64,000 bases of DNA from assembly GCA_964035545.1 (NCBI GenBank), contig OZ037769.1, positions 2,976,001-3,040,000 of the forward strand, written 5' to 3'. This document shows positions 1 to 13,500 of this stretch, piece by piece. Origin of the DNA: Bugula neritina. Taxonomy: Eukaryota > Animalia > Bryozoa. Below the pieces are notes generated by a model, which was not told the origin of the DNA, searched no databases, and was given only the letters and a program-made list of their open reading frames with translations. The position numbers and the translations under genes were made by a program. Positions within the stretch are counted from its first letter, which is position 1. The number at the start of each line of letters is the position of its first letter.

Positions 1-470
1 GAGATTCTTCTAAAGCAGGTCTATATCATTTTCGGAGTAATAAATTAGCAGCATATTATACTACCCATTACCATCTAGTATTGCTAGGCTGCCTACAGTC
101 ACTACAAGGTATACAGCGCTCATCTTTCATCACAAAACACGTAATAATAACACATTACAAGCTAATTCATTACAAGTTTTTTTCACACAAATGATATGAA
201 TAAAATGGGCACATTGGTTTGTAAAACATAATGAGTATACGCCTATATACAGCAATGTATGTTATGCCGCATTCAGACTAGGTTGAAACTGAACTGTGAA
301 TGAGTTTTTGAGGCTAAGCATTAAACTCTGACATCACAGCTGTCTGATTTCTGAACAGTTCACAGTTCAGTTTCAACTGTAGTCTGAATGCGCCAATTCA
401 GTAACAACATATATCGCATACATAGCTGTTTATTATGTGTAGCAGGGGAGAGAAATATGCTTCCACTCAC

Positions 471-3400
471 TATTAATTTGCAGGCGACTTTAGCAAACAG
501 GAATCCGAAAGTGAACAGATATATACATGGATACTGAGTATATATGTCTCCAGACGGCTCAGACTTTTTGGCTATTACAACGGTTAATGCGAGAACAGTG
601 AATATCGGAAATACAGGAAATAGCACACTTGTATCCTGCCAAATAAAAGAAAATAACAATATTATTAGCCAACAATTTGTATATAAAATGGAAAACAATT
701 GTTTAATTTCAGCTCTAACACATCAAAACAAATCTTGTACTAGAATTTATTAGAATTAAAAACATGTTGAACCATATCTCACTGATATCCCTTCAAGACT
801 TACTTACTATTTAAATAAATTCACTGAATTGAATTAAGTGACAATTTGCAATAAATGCAATAATGAAATAAATACAATAACTGCCAACATATTGAGTGTA
901 TTTACACATTCTATCTATAGCTACATGAAAACAAGAGAAATCAACCAACAACTTGTATTTGTAGCAGTTCCACTACATTAGTTTAAAATAAATTTGAAAT
1001 TACTCTTTCACTTTACAGCAGGGCTGGCTATGTTTATATTAGATAGAGCTGCATGCAGACCAAATCAATTTTCTAGTAAATTTTATTTGTAGGTCTTCAA
1101 TTTATTCATTAGCATTTATTGGGCAATGGGCAACTTCAAGTTATCATAAATCATTGCTGATGTGATATCTGGCAAATATAGCCAACTCCCACCTAGACCT
1201 CTGGCATATATACAGCTTCTTTTTGTTGTTTTTGAGTCACTAACCATTTTTATGTTTTTTATTCAAAATTAGAATATACTGCAATAGCATACTGAACCAA
1301 TAAACTATAATGCAATTTATAAAATAATTGTAATTGTTATGAATTGTGATAGACAATACATGCAGAAGATGCTGTAGCAATAGTAAGAATAAATTTGGTT
1401 ATGTAATCAAATTGAAGTTGATGTCAATAGATGTTTATGCTTGCAGTGACTAATATAGCTGATAATTATGTTGGTTAGTTGTTGAATGGCAGATTAATTA
1501 CTATTATTATTTCCTGAGGACAACTATTGCACCACCGGTTAGAATTAACCCAAGGTGTTTCACTTAAATAATTATGACTCATCTTGATTAGGTATTGAAA
1601 ATAGGCTATTTTAATTTTCAAATGTTCAAAATTTTAATAGGAAGTAACTTAGGTATTATGTGTTTTCAGAGATAGCAGTATATATACCCTGTGTTTCAAG
1701 ATTTCGAATAATCCTGGGACTAATCTTGTATTAATTGTGTTAAGTTACCGAAATTTATTGAACTGAATTAATTATAACTTGACCAAACATTTTGAAAACA
1801 CAACCCTGAAGCTGTACTCAGGTTGTATAAAGCTATATCCTTGCATAAACTAAGATGTTGTTTTTAATATTCTAGCACTTCAGAAATGCAGCTAGACAGA
1901 CTTGGTTAAAAATAAAGAGTATTGTAAAAAGAAGACAACTCTGAAGAAGCTCAAAGTAAGATAACTCCCTATTACGTATTTGATTGACTTGTCATTGAAG
2001 TAAGTTACTCCATACAAGATGCCCGAAGCCAGAAAATACCATGACAAAAATTTTGGTATATATAACAGGTACTTTTCCCAGTTAATCAAGAAAGTAATGT
2101 ACTCAATACAATAAAAACCTACAGGGCTTTATAATGCATTACACTTGTGCTAAAAAATTACACCTCTATAAATGCTAGAAGTAAAATCAGATTAAAAAAC
2201 AAAATCTAGTGCACTACGAACTTAACAATACTTACTGCAACAGTAGAGCCATTTCTGCCCACTCCTCCTTTAATAAATATAGTATGGAAAGCAGGCAATG
2301 CTTGGAAAATTCCTCCCAGTACTACTGTGGCCACCAGGACTTTGTTGAGGGCAACTCCCAACATCGGCACCTGTCACATATCCAAACAAATAAAATACAT
2401 GTTACAACATTTCTAAATATCTCACAAATATTTGAATTCAGCAGGTCAAATTACATCAGTTGGACAACTTTTATAATTTTAAAGCGAAAATAATTTTTCT
2501 CTTGTTTTTCCCAGTTTGTACTAAATGAAGTGAGTTTGGCCCATTTGGGGAAGTTGATAATCTTCTTGAATCAGTTTTGTGAGATTTGATTGGACTTGTA
2601 AAACTCTAAAATCCAGTTAACACGAGTTACAACTCAACTACATTTTGTATGTATGTACTATGTAGACCTACAGAAATATGCCACTGCAAAGCATTAATGC
2701 AAGTGGAAAGACAAAACACTATCTCAACTATTAGAGGTTTAGTTTTTCACATCAGAAACGTTATGAATCTTAGTTTACTTTATTTCAACTAACTGTACAA
2801 GTCATTGATTACTTAGCCAATCAGCTAGCCATGCTATGAATCGTCCAGTTAGCCACGGTACGAACTGATGATGAAAGTAATCAGGTTTCTAAGTCACTAC
2901 TATGATTACTTATCTAGTGAGTCACTGCTTATCATCAGCTTACGGAGATATACTGTGATTGTATTGGGAGACTATACAATATATTGTTGTATAATTATTG
3001 TATATAATATACGTATCATTATATTATATTATATTATATACATCAATATGATATTATACTATATTATATAATATACACTATTATATAAATTATATTATAA
3101 TATAGTAAACGTTTCTGTCTACTCTAAACCGCTTCCAGTTCCCTCTGCCAATGTTTTGTTGAAGAAGTCAAGAGCAGATAACTGCCGAAAAGCTAAATAA
3201 TTGTAATAATATATTACAGTGCTCCCTCCATATCTCACGGATCTAGTTCTCACGAAATTCCATAGGTCACAAGAAGAGCTTGGACCCTGTTTTGTGGCTT
3301 ATGTATGTGTGGATAAGGACAAAATGGCCAAATTTAACGGATCCATGAGTTAAATCTGGCATTCTACTATGTCATGAATTGAGGTTTCACGACCTGCAGC

Positions 3401-4620
3401 TTAGTGAGATAAGGAGGGAGCATTGTATATCATTACTAATTATGTTCTAAATAACCTGGAAGATTGAAATACACAATTTCATAAAATGACACATCACTGA
3501 GTTTCAGCTACTAATACTTGTGTTGGTTTGCTTAGCTATGTAGACCAACCTGCATGAGCCAGATCTCTTCTCCAAACACACCAGACATCAGGAAACCAGC
3601 CATCATCAAAAACTGCATCTCCACCACATCAAACCTGGGAAAGTGAGAATATAGGAGTTATCCTCCCAACATAATTGATTTTAAAACTTGAGATTATTAA
3701 GTTATGTCATGCAAATTATTCAGCTTGTAGCAAAAGTGAATTTTCTTCAAAAATTGTCTAAAAAACAGTAAAAAGTAGAAAAGACTGAAAACATTTATAA
3801 ACCTTACATTTTCTCCCTTAATACAGGACAACTGTTTACTATAATTATTATTCCAACTGTTATATAAGATAAAAAATTTCCATGTTTGCAGCAACAGATT
3901 AGTAGCACATGTTACATTGCAAGAATACAGCTGAGCAAGACTGTGTCCTCAGATTATGAACACAAATGTTTGGTTGAGTGCTCCTCCCCCCCCCCCCTTT
4001 CTTACTACTAGCAATAACTAATACTTATACATGTATAGTTCCCAGACCAACATACTGCAATGTGTGAGAATAAACTGGACAGCCCATAAAACTTTATCTT
4101 CTAGAACCAAATTTGACTGTTGCACAATTACAATAAAATACTATACCTATTCCATAAATTGAAATATTTTTAATAAAAATCTTCTAATCCCTCATTTCAG
4201 TTACTCAACACTTTAAAGAGATATTTACATTTATTCTTCGTAATAAAAAACAAGCAGCCTTAATTTATTGATTCATTGATTTGAAGATTGTCGTCAAGTT
4301 GAAAAGATTGTCATGTAAATACCTTTTGAAAGGTTCTAGAAACTTACTTGCCAAACTTGAGAGCTCCAGTGCAGTAGGTGACCCAGTGAGCGAGGTAGAA
4401 AGCCATGTATGCTCCACAAGTTAGTAGCATGAGGTACTCCAGCTCTAGCCGACAGTGTATAAGAGACGCAACCACCAGCACAACTACAAGTGTTGGCATA
4501 TAATACAGTAGAACACGGGCTAGACAATCTCATCAACCAACAGTTTTAGACAAAGCATATCCTATCATAATACTATTTATATTAAATATATTAAAAAAAT
4601 ATATATATGAAATATATTAA

Positions 4621-4660
<40 letters not shown>

Positions 4661-7600
4661 GTGTGTGCGTGTGTGTGCGTGTGTGTGTGTGTGTGTGCGT
4701 GTGCGTGCATGTGTGTGTGTATGAATTTGGGCATAGTTTGTTACAGCTCTAGGCATATATGCTTTTAATAACTTGTGATGGTCATCAATTTATAAGATAA
4801 CTTGATGCTAAGTGTCCTAGTAATTGCAAAGACGAAATATATGCAAAAATGGAAAGTGAATATTAAATGGTTTGTATATTCAATCGCTGCATTATTGTAA
4901 TATATTATATAAAATAGACACAGCATATGAAATAGACAACTACGTACTCAGCACCAGACCTTCTAAAGATTAGAGACCACAGACCAGATATTGTTTCATT
5001 TTAAAGTCTGTTGTTATAATTTACACACTTGTCAGTCTAATTCAATCTGCCAAAATAATCAACCCAATAGCCATAACTATACTAAACTAGTACTTTGTAA
5101 CTAACATCCATACTCAATAGCTTTTGTACACTCCAAGTAGGAAGATAGGCACACTTTGTAACATCTTTAGAAACATACAGTATAGTTTATAGAGTGTACA
5201 GAAACATCTTAATAAAACAGTTGAAACTTTGAACTCTTGAAATTTCATATTCAACACTAATCTATGTAGTGCCAATAGTTTAAAGTTGTCCCTGGTACCA
5301 TAAGGGACTTCCTAGAAGCTAAACTCTAATAGATAGGTGGAAGGAGTATAAAGTACTCTACAGGAGATAAATTGCAGCGTTACTCATTGACCTTCATGTG
5401 TGCAACATGTTAGTGTATAGTGGGTATATATGACAAAAAGAGTTTAACAGCAACATACAAACACATAGCAGTTGATGACAAGTGGAACCTGGTATGAAGC
5501 AAAAGTTGCTACTAGGGAATATAAGTCTAAGAGAAAGAGCTGAAGTAGGTTGGCTCAGCATTCACTAGGTTCACAGTTACAAAGTGTAAAGTCCATATGA
5601 TGAACACTACAAAGCCTAGTAACTGTGAACTGTGATGGAAAGTAGAGCGCAGTGTACACCCTCATGATAAGAAAAGTTCCCAGTGTAAGAATTCAACAGC
5701 AGAAAGTGGAAAAAACCCAGCGTCTAATATCATATGTTGATCAAGTCTTTACAGTCATTACACTAATAGCATTTAGTTATATATTATAATTTCTATATTA
5801 TAACGTTACATATTATACTCTAATAATGTCATTACAAGTGAACCGTGGAGAATTATATAGCTGGTTAGTAGTACTAGTTATTCACACTGCTAGTTTAAAC
5901 ATCTAACTAACATTCAATAATAAATATATTATATAACTGAGAATATTGAATATTATAATTATATATTATATTTTATTCCACATTTTATATGGGTAACTTG
6001 GTAAGTGAAAATGCTCATAGTCATCTTTATTTGTTTAGAACTTCCAATGGAAGTTCATACTTTCTAACCTAAGGTCAATAACTAGGTTTTTATGTCAACT
6101 ACACATGTAGCATAGTTTCCTGGAATTGTAAGGGGGAGATAACTGACTAACCAGTAGATACAGCGTCACAGCCATGATCAAACAACTCCCCAAGTGGTGA
6201 GGCAGTATTAGTTCTTCTAGCTTGTTTTCCATCTATGCTATCCATAGTTTGATATATAAACACTCCAGTGGCTGCAGCAAAGTGAGTCCATGATGGAGAC
6301 TGAAAATAAGAAGATATGTGAGCGTGAAGAAATGAAAACTAGATATTGGATAATACATCTTATGCTTATATATGTGAATACGGAGATTTCAGTATTGATT
6401 TTAAGCTAAATACAAAATATGAGAAGAAAAGTTATAAACATAATTTACAATTATTACTAGCAAATAGTACTAAAAACACCTAAATTGATACTTTTTAAGA
6501 GAAAATCTTTATGTTAGCATTCTACCGTGCTATAAAAATTAGAAAAAAATGCATAGCATTTTATTATTTTATGAATATGAAGCAAGTCAAAACTGCAAAT
6601 TGAGTTTAACTTTTCTAACTGTATTCTTACAAACATATTTAGAGCAAATCATTTTCTAGTTATAAAGTCATGTTAGCTTTTAGGATAACTAAAAGTAACT
6701 TAAATTTGATAATGGTTTTTATAACAATTAAAATAGTAAATACAATAAAAAATCAATATCATTAGCATTGTGTCAAACATAGTGACAATATGAATGATAC
6801 TTGAATATCTAAAAGTCAAAGCAAAAGTTGGTCTAAAAATTATAACTCACTAAATAGCTTGCACAATGAATTACTCATAGTCAGGGTGACATTCATAATC
6901 CATTATGATTATCTTTGCACTGGATGTCATGTTGACGAAAATTGAATTGATCAAAGTGATTATTCAATCACTATTACTACTAGTAATGATTAAAACCATG
7001 GCACTGTGCTAATAAATCGAATGTAAGCTCCATACTGCTTTGGACCTGTGAGTGTAAAAACTTGACCTAATAATCATATCGTAATGATAATAACTAACTT
7101 AATAAGTAATGCGTATATGCCAGTTTTGAGAACCTAACTAAATTTAAGGGCAACTTAAACTTAGCAAAGCAAATAAATTTACACTTCTAACAAACTAAAC
7201 ACACTAAAATGATTATCATTATGGCACTATGACTTGTGACTAAGACAAAACATAAAAAACTTGAATTTCAACAATCACAATAACAATGAAAGTGCTAAGC
7301 TTAAGGCACAAATCTAATTTCATAACAATTAACACATCAATATTAATTATAATTTTTATTTATTATTTTAATTTAGGTACTAAAAGTAAAAGTAAATAAA
7401 AAAATAAAAAATAAGATTAGGTATAACCGCAAAAAAACTTACCTTCTGCACATTATCAGGATTATAAATTACAATAAGTAGCGAAGTAAATATGTTAATC
7501 ATGAGCCCAATAAACGTTATAGAATTGGGTGCCCACCATAGAGGGCATTTAGAAACTGTCCAGTTCCAAAAAGGCTGGAGCAATGGCTCAAGCATTGTGT

Positions 7601-7670
7601 AGTCTCCATCACGCTTATATTTATGTTCAGCCAAATTTTTTAATTGCCTAGCTGATAAAACATCCATCAT
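471..7670 (-). CDS. CEPT1: Choline/ethanolamine phosphotransferase (CEPT1/CHPT1 family), 3' part continues beyond window start
   Basis: Phase-consistent GT-AG exons 7670-7443, 6299-6152, 4483-4348, 3634-3550, 2370-2236, 635-471. Translation includes [14 protein letters not shown], the CDP-alcohol phosphotransferase motif [37 protein letters not shown] and [11 protein letters not shown]. An alternative in-frame ATG lies at 7736. Confidence 0.9.
3217..3425. mobile_element. Tc1/mariner(pogo)-type MITE
   Basis: Terminal inverted repeats CAGTGCTCCCTCCATATCTCAC / GTGAGATAAGGAGGGAGCATTG, flanked by TA on both sides (3215-16, 3426-27). Confidence 0.8.
4627..4720. repeat. (TG)n microsatellite with CG variants
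   Basis: Directly visible. Confidence 0.95.
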
Positions 7671-8895
7671 TTCACTTTTGAAAGACTTAATTGTCTTCCA
7701 GAAAAAGTATATTACACCACCCTCTAAGACAACCATTGAAAATCATCAACACAAATCTGAAGTCAAAGGTGAAAAGTCCAAAAAAGTAATAGGGAATTTG
7801 TTTTTACGAACATCACAACACACCGGTTTCCTGTGAAGGCGTGGTAAGTGTTGCTGGGCGGAACTTGGAAATAGACATCGACATAACATATCAAATTGAA
7901 CACGTGCTAGCATTATTATGTCAAGGGTGCAAGTGCAAGTGTCCAAGGTCAAGGGTCACGTTTTTCCATGTTTTCCTGCAAGTTATGAATTGTAATTCGA
8001 TCCTACAAATAAGTTAACTCTTAATTTTATTTATTTATATTTTGCTGAACTTATAAAATTGGCCTAGTATTTATGCGTAGCGAAGCGGTGCCCTGTAGAT
8101 GTATAACATTAACATAATTATAAATATACTGAAAGTAAAATATTAAATTTAATGTGAAATTATTCAATCATTATCACTTTATCAGTTTAACTTTATGATT
8201 ATCAATATCATTATCACAATAATGATCATTATCAATAATCATAATGCTAATCATTGTCATAATGATATTCCTAACAATAGCAGTAACTCGCTCAAAGTCA
8301 ATATTTGATCATTTATATTAATATAATCAATTAGTTTATCATCATGAGTGATCATGATCATCATTATGTATTTAACTTCAAGGTTTTTTACTTTTAGGTT
8401 GTGAAAGTCAACTCTAAGCTAGTAAACAGTAACATTGTCATTTGGGCTTTAGTCTTAGGTTTGGCTTAACTCAAAATGAGTTTGACTTTTAAAACTCAGA
8501 GTTTTAAATTGTAATTTATAAATTCAAATAAACCACTGGCTTTTTCCCCTTAGCCCACTCTTTCATGTCAGGAAGAGTGGGATTCAGGTAATTTAGGTAA
8601 ATCCAGGTAAATATAAAATTTGATTTTATAATATCCATTATGATTATTGATGCTCATATTGATAAATATTAATATTTTTATTACTAATGATAATTACGTT
8701 TACTGTGATTGTCCTATGGCTTTGATAAACATAATAGTTTGATGAGCAAAGCTGTAACGCTTCTAAACTTTTTAATATCAGTTTAAATATAATTGAGAAA
8801 ATGATGTTATGTAATTAAAAAATTTATTTAGCATGGGTTTTGGCATCATGTTGTGTGTGCGTGTTTCATCCCTAAGAATATCTGTTGACAGGGCT

Positions 8896-10028
8896 ATGGC
8901 TCGAAAGCTGAAGTTTGCTGCTAATTTGCACTGGCTGTTCAAAGAACATGAACATTTTACTGACAGATATGCCGCTGCCGCTAAAGCCGGTTTTCTGTAT
9001 GTTGAAAGTGCTGACGTATGCAGCTTGCCATTGGAGGAGTTGGTCGAAGCTAAAACAAAGTCTAAAGTCAATCATGTGCTCATGAACTCCACACCAGGTT
9101 AGTGCCGGGCCAGTTGTTTATTTGATTGGTGCAAATGTGACATCATTTATATGAATATCCATTGTAGAATTATGTTAGTGCTTGTAACAGTTAATTGTTG
9201 ACTGCAAGATTGCAATAATGAATTGAGAAATAAGAAAATTGTTGAAAGTCTGCAACTAATTGCAACAAATAATTCTAGTTATTTTATGATCTGTCAAGTA
9301 CTTTTTAAGTTATTAAGTCTTGCTCAGTTTAGTGTTCAGGGAAATTTTCATTATTAATTTACACGTGGTTATACTTTAGGACATTATTTCAAATTATTTC
9401 ATAGCTTTTATATTTAAATTAACATCTTTTCAAGTAATATGCATCTAGATTTGCCTTTTATCTGTTTTTAAAACTCGAGTGCTTAGATTGCTGGTTGTTT
9501 ATTTGTCTATCTATCTATGCTAGGAGATGTTGCAAAGGGGGAAAGAGGGATTTCAGCTGTACCTGAGAGACAAGATGCTTTTAGGCAATCCCTGGACACG
9601 TCAATTAAATACTGTAAAGCTCTCGGCTGTTCTAGGTATTCTCACATTAAATATATTCAGTTGTGTGTGCTGAGCAGCATCTCCATCTTGCCATAGTCTA
9701 CACATTACACACAGTCTGTTGTCTCACTAATATGGAGTTATCTGTTCACCAGTAGTGTAGGACAACTCCGAGTTTCGTGTTATTTTTTCTAGATTACATA
9801 TCATGGCTGGTGTTGAAACAGATGCTCACTCGAAGCAAGAAATGAGAGAAGTATATGTTGACAATCTGAAATATGCTTCACGAAAGTTAGGAGAGCATGA
9901 CATCATGGCTTTGATTGAACCAATAAATACCAGGCTCTCAGTGCCAGGGTATTTTTTAAACAATGTTGATGAAGGTAAATAAAGTTATTCACTATTAGCT
10001 CCATGTATACATATGCTATAGTATATAA

Positions 10029-10105
<77 letters not shown>

Positions 10106-10459
10106 TGTAATGTGTTTCTGAATTATTGCAATTTATTTCTCATATACTCTAATATGTTTCACATTAAGGATTGAAATTTGAAGTTGGTTAAAAACTTTCA
10201 CAGCTATGAAATATGAATGCTCTTCTGCCGTCCTAACTCCTTATATTATTACAAAATTCAAAACATGCTGATTCTAATTTTTATAATGTTGTGTTGCAAA
10301 AGTTGTTTCACAATAAATGAATACATAAATACTACAGTCTTAATGCTTGCAAATAATGCCTTTTCTCTCCTACTAAATGAATTTTTTTATTGAGTTTATG
10401 TTTATGGACAGATTTAGTCAATTTCAAGCTTTCTAATGATATATTAATAATATTATAAT

Positions 10460-10501
<42 letters not shown>

Positions 10502-13500
10502 GAGAAACATTGTTGATTTATTACTTTATTAGGTAAAGTAATTATACTGATATTTCGGGCACCACTGTGCCCATCTTCAGAGTAGCAATATACGTTTGCA
10601 CGCACGCACACACACACACACACACACACACGAGAAGAAATAAAATGAGATTTGATTAATATAATGACATTTATTACTAGTAGTTTCGTACACAAGATGT
10701 TGTGCACTTGTCAGATAAAATTGATGAGTGTACGAAACTATTAGTAATAAATGTCATTATATTAATCAAATCTCATTTTATTTTTTCTAATATATATATA
10801 TATATGTATATATGATAATAATAATATATATATTTTCATGTATATATTTATTATATAATAGATATAGATATAACAATAATGATATCTTAGTCAGATCACC
10901 TGTTAACTAAACAAGCGAATTCAAGAAGATTTGCTTTACCAGGTTTTATGACTTGCTTTAATGCAAATAGAAAAATAATTACAACTGATAATTTGTAGCT
11001 GTGAAGATACTGCAAGAAGTTGATGATCCCAATCTTAAGCTACAAATGGTGAGTTTGATTTAGCTTAGTTTGTGATTTTAGTCTCGAGTTTTAAGTTTGA
11101 ATTGTTTTGCACAATTTTTTAGACTCCATTCGATCACGTGGCTAATGGCCAAATTTTTAAAAAAAAAAACATTTGATTTACAGTGGATTACTTTTATGAA
11201 ATTTACAAAGTGATTTTGCACTCTCTGTTTGTTTGAGTTAAGCACTAGGTTGCCCCTATATAAAAGTACCACCATGTTTTGAGTGCTTTTTATGAATATG
11301 TTTTGACTTCACGCCCTGTTGTCTGTACCGTCTTTTTGTTCACTCAATTTATGATCCTCCAATCACATTTCAAACCTCAACTGAAGAGCTATTAAATTGA
11401 AATTAAACCTATTTTGTAAAATGTTCTACCTATTGCAGAGTTGGGGTCAATTACATATGAATGTAATTATTTAGAATTACAAATACATGATAATTTGTCA
11501 ATTACAATTATAATTACAGTTGAAATAAATGTAATTAATTACAATTACAATTACTGTTCTCCCAAGAGACTAATAAAAGTTATATAATCTCACTTGTGGG
11601 GTCCAACTACCCAGGGTAAGTTTGAAATCGGAAAACCTTCCTTTTTCTTAACAGTAACGAATAGAGTGATAAATACGACATTAAGTTAATGTAAACTTTT
11701 TATTAAACAGTAAGCATTGCAGGAAAAATATAAATTTTATAAGATTTAAAAGTTTGAAGTAATTGTTATGTAATTATAAAGTAATTGTTAAATTCAATTA
11801 CATTAGCAAAGTAATTGATTACAATTACATTTTTATACATCAATTAAAAATTGCATTCAATTACTTGAAAAAATTCAATTAATTACAATTACAAATTATA
11901 ATTACCCCAACCCTGACCAATTGTCAACTATTCATGGCATGCCTCTACTATCTGCTGTTCCTCCATGGAGCTTTGTTATCAATTCTTCTGCTATACGTGT
12001 TTTTTTTACTTTTGAATAAATATAACAAAACAAACAAACCTAGAAATATTGAGGTGACTATGAATTTTCACCTAACAGGTGCCTCAGTGACTTGTTTGGG
12101 TTGTCAGATCTATTTCTCATACCTGTAATCTTGTTTTGAAACAAGCCAACAAATACGCAAAGTGTTTGTGAAATTCTAAGGGCAGAATCTATGCGCATGC
12201 AGGCACTGCATACAAAGTGCCAGCATGTAGCAACTATCTAAAGTTTGTCCTCTTTTCTATCTGTGCCTTTCATCTGTGCCACTAATCTAATTTTTTTCAG
12301 GATTTCTTTCACATCCAGATAATGCACGGAGACCTAACAGCTAATATCAAAAAGTATCTTCCTTATATAGGTTAGTGTATTCCAAGTGAGCCCATTGTTT
12401 CCTGGTGGTAATTGAGGTTATTATTAGGTTAATGCTATAGAAAATCGCTTGAAGCAGCACAGAGTTGGTGGTCACTGAATGCATTGCTTGTGGTTTGGAG
12501 TCTAGACGATGCGTATACAAATACCCTACTCGGTCACCCCCAACTTGGTGCTTCTTCTAGCAATATTCGAGTTGTATTGCATAAATAATTTTAAAACGTA
12601 TTTTAGCATTCAGCAGTTTGTTACATTATATTATGTTATAATATATTATATTATACAAACTTATGGTAATATACAAACTTAATTCTTTTAAGTCATCTTT
12701 TTTACATGGTAATTTTGCTTAAAAAGTCAAAATGACTCTCTAAAGGCACTTTGTTTTTACTGGAGATATTTAATTGTGGGGGAGGCAAGTGATTGGGAAT
12801 TTATTAGCATAAGTCACTAAACTTGTTTGCGGTTATATTCATCAGATCCACCAGATTTTCTCTTGTCTGTTGGTATTTGACTATCAACTTTGCTTCACTC
12901 ATCAGTAGTGAATTAGGTTATTTGCTCTAACAAATAGTATTCATATGCCCAATAAATAAATTATGCAAATAATTTTTAAAAATATAATTATTGCATTAGA
13001 TGTTTAAATGGTTGTCACTATATTATTCCTATTTATACATATTTTGTATATAAATTTGTGTTTAGAATGATATATTTTATAAAATTTATAAAAAAATTTC
13101 CACCTGCTTAATCTTATATAAAGCGGTGAACAGTTGCCTTCTCCCTGTGGAAATGTGGTACACAAATGGGTTGTTTACTTAAATTTTGATTATTTCCTGT
13201 AATCAGTTTGACCAAAGTGGTTTCAACCAGTTTATTCTAACTAATTTTCATAAACACTAGGTAAGCAGTGAGAGTGCTTTCACCCAAACCGCTGATCAGC
13301 AAAATTGAACAAACCTGATCACTGCATCTCAATAGGACTACTACTTTCAGCTGTTGGTATAAACCTGAGTAAGCAGTTAACAAAACAGTGTAAATCCTTA
13401 ACTCTTCTACTTACATCTCCTTCAATCTTATCTCTCAACACTTAATCTCTATATTCTGCACACTCATTCATTCACCTTCAGGTGGCACATTTCATCATTA

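Noticed and set aside
1892-2089. Hydrophobic ORF as an alternative CEPT1 exon
   Set aside because: No similarity to neighbouring exons or family motifs; exons 5 and 6 already join in frame.
2864-2940. CTGATGAT...ATCATCAG as C/D snoRNA or hammerhead
   Set aside because: No properly placed D box or cleavage-site/stem I pairing; only a short inverted repeat.
8880-8898. Acceptor immediately before the ATG (also COPS4, PRMT5) as evidence of SL trans-splicing
   Set aside because: For HYI, good cis donors exist upstream (8588-8606), so ordinary 5'UTR introns suffice; cannot be supported without cDNA.
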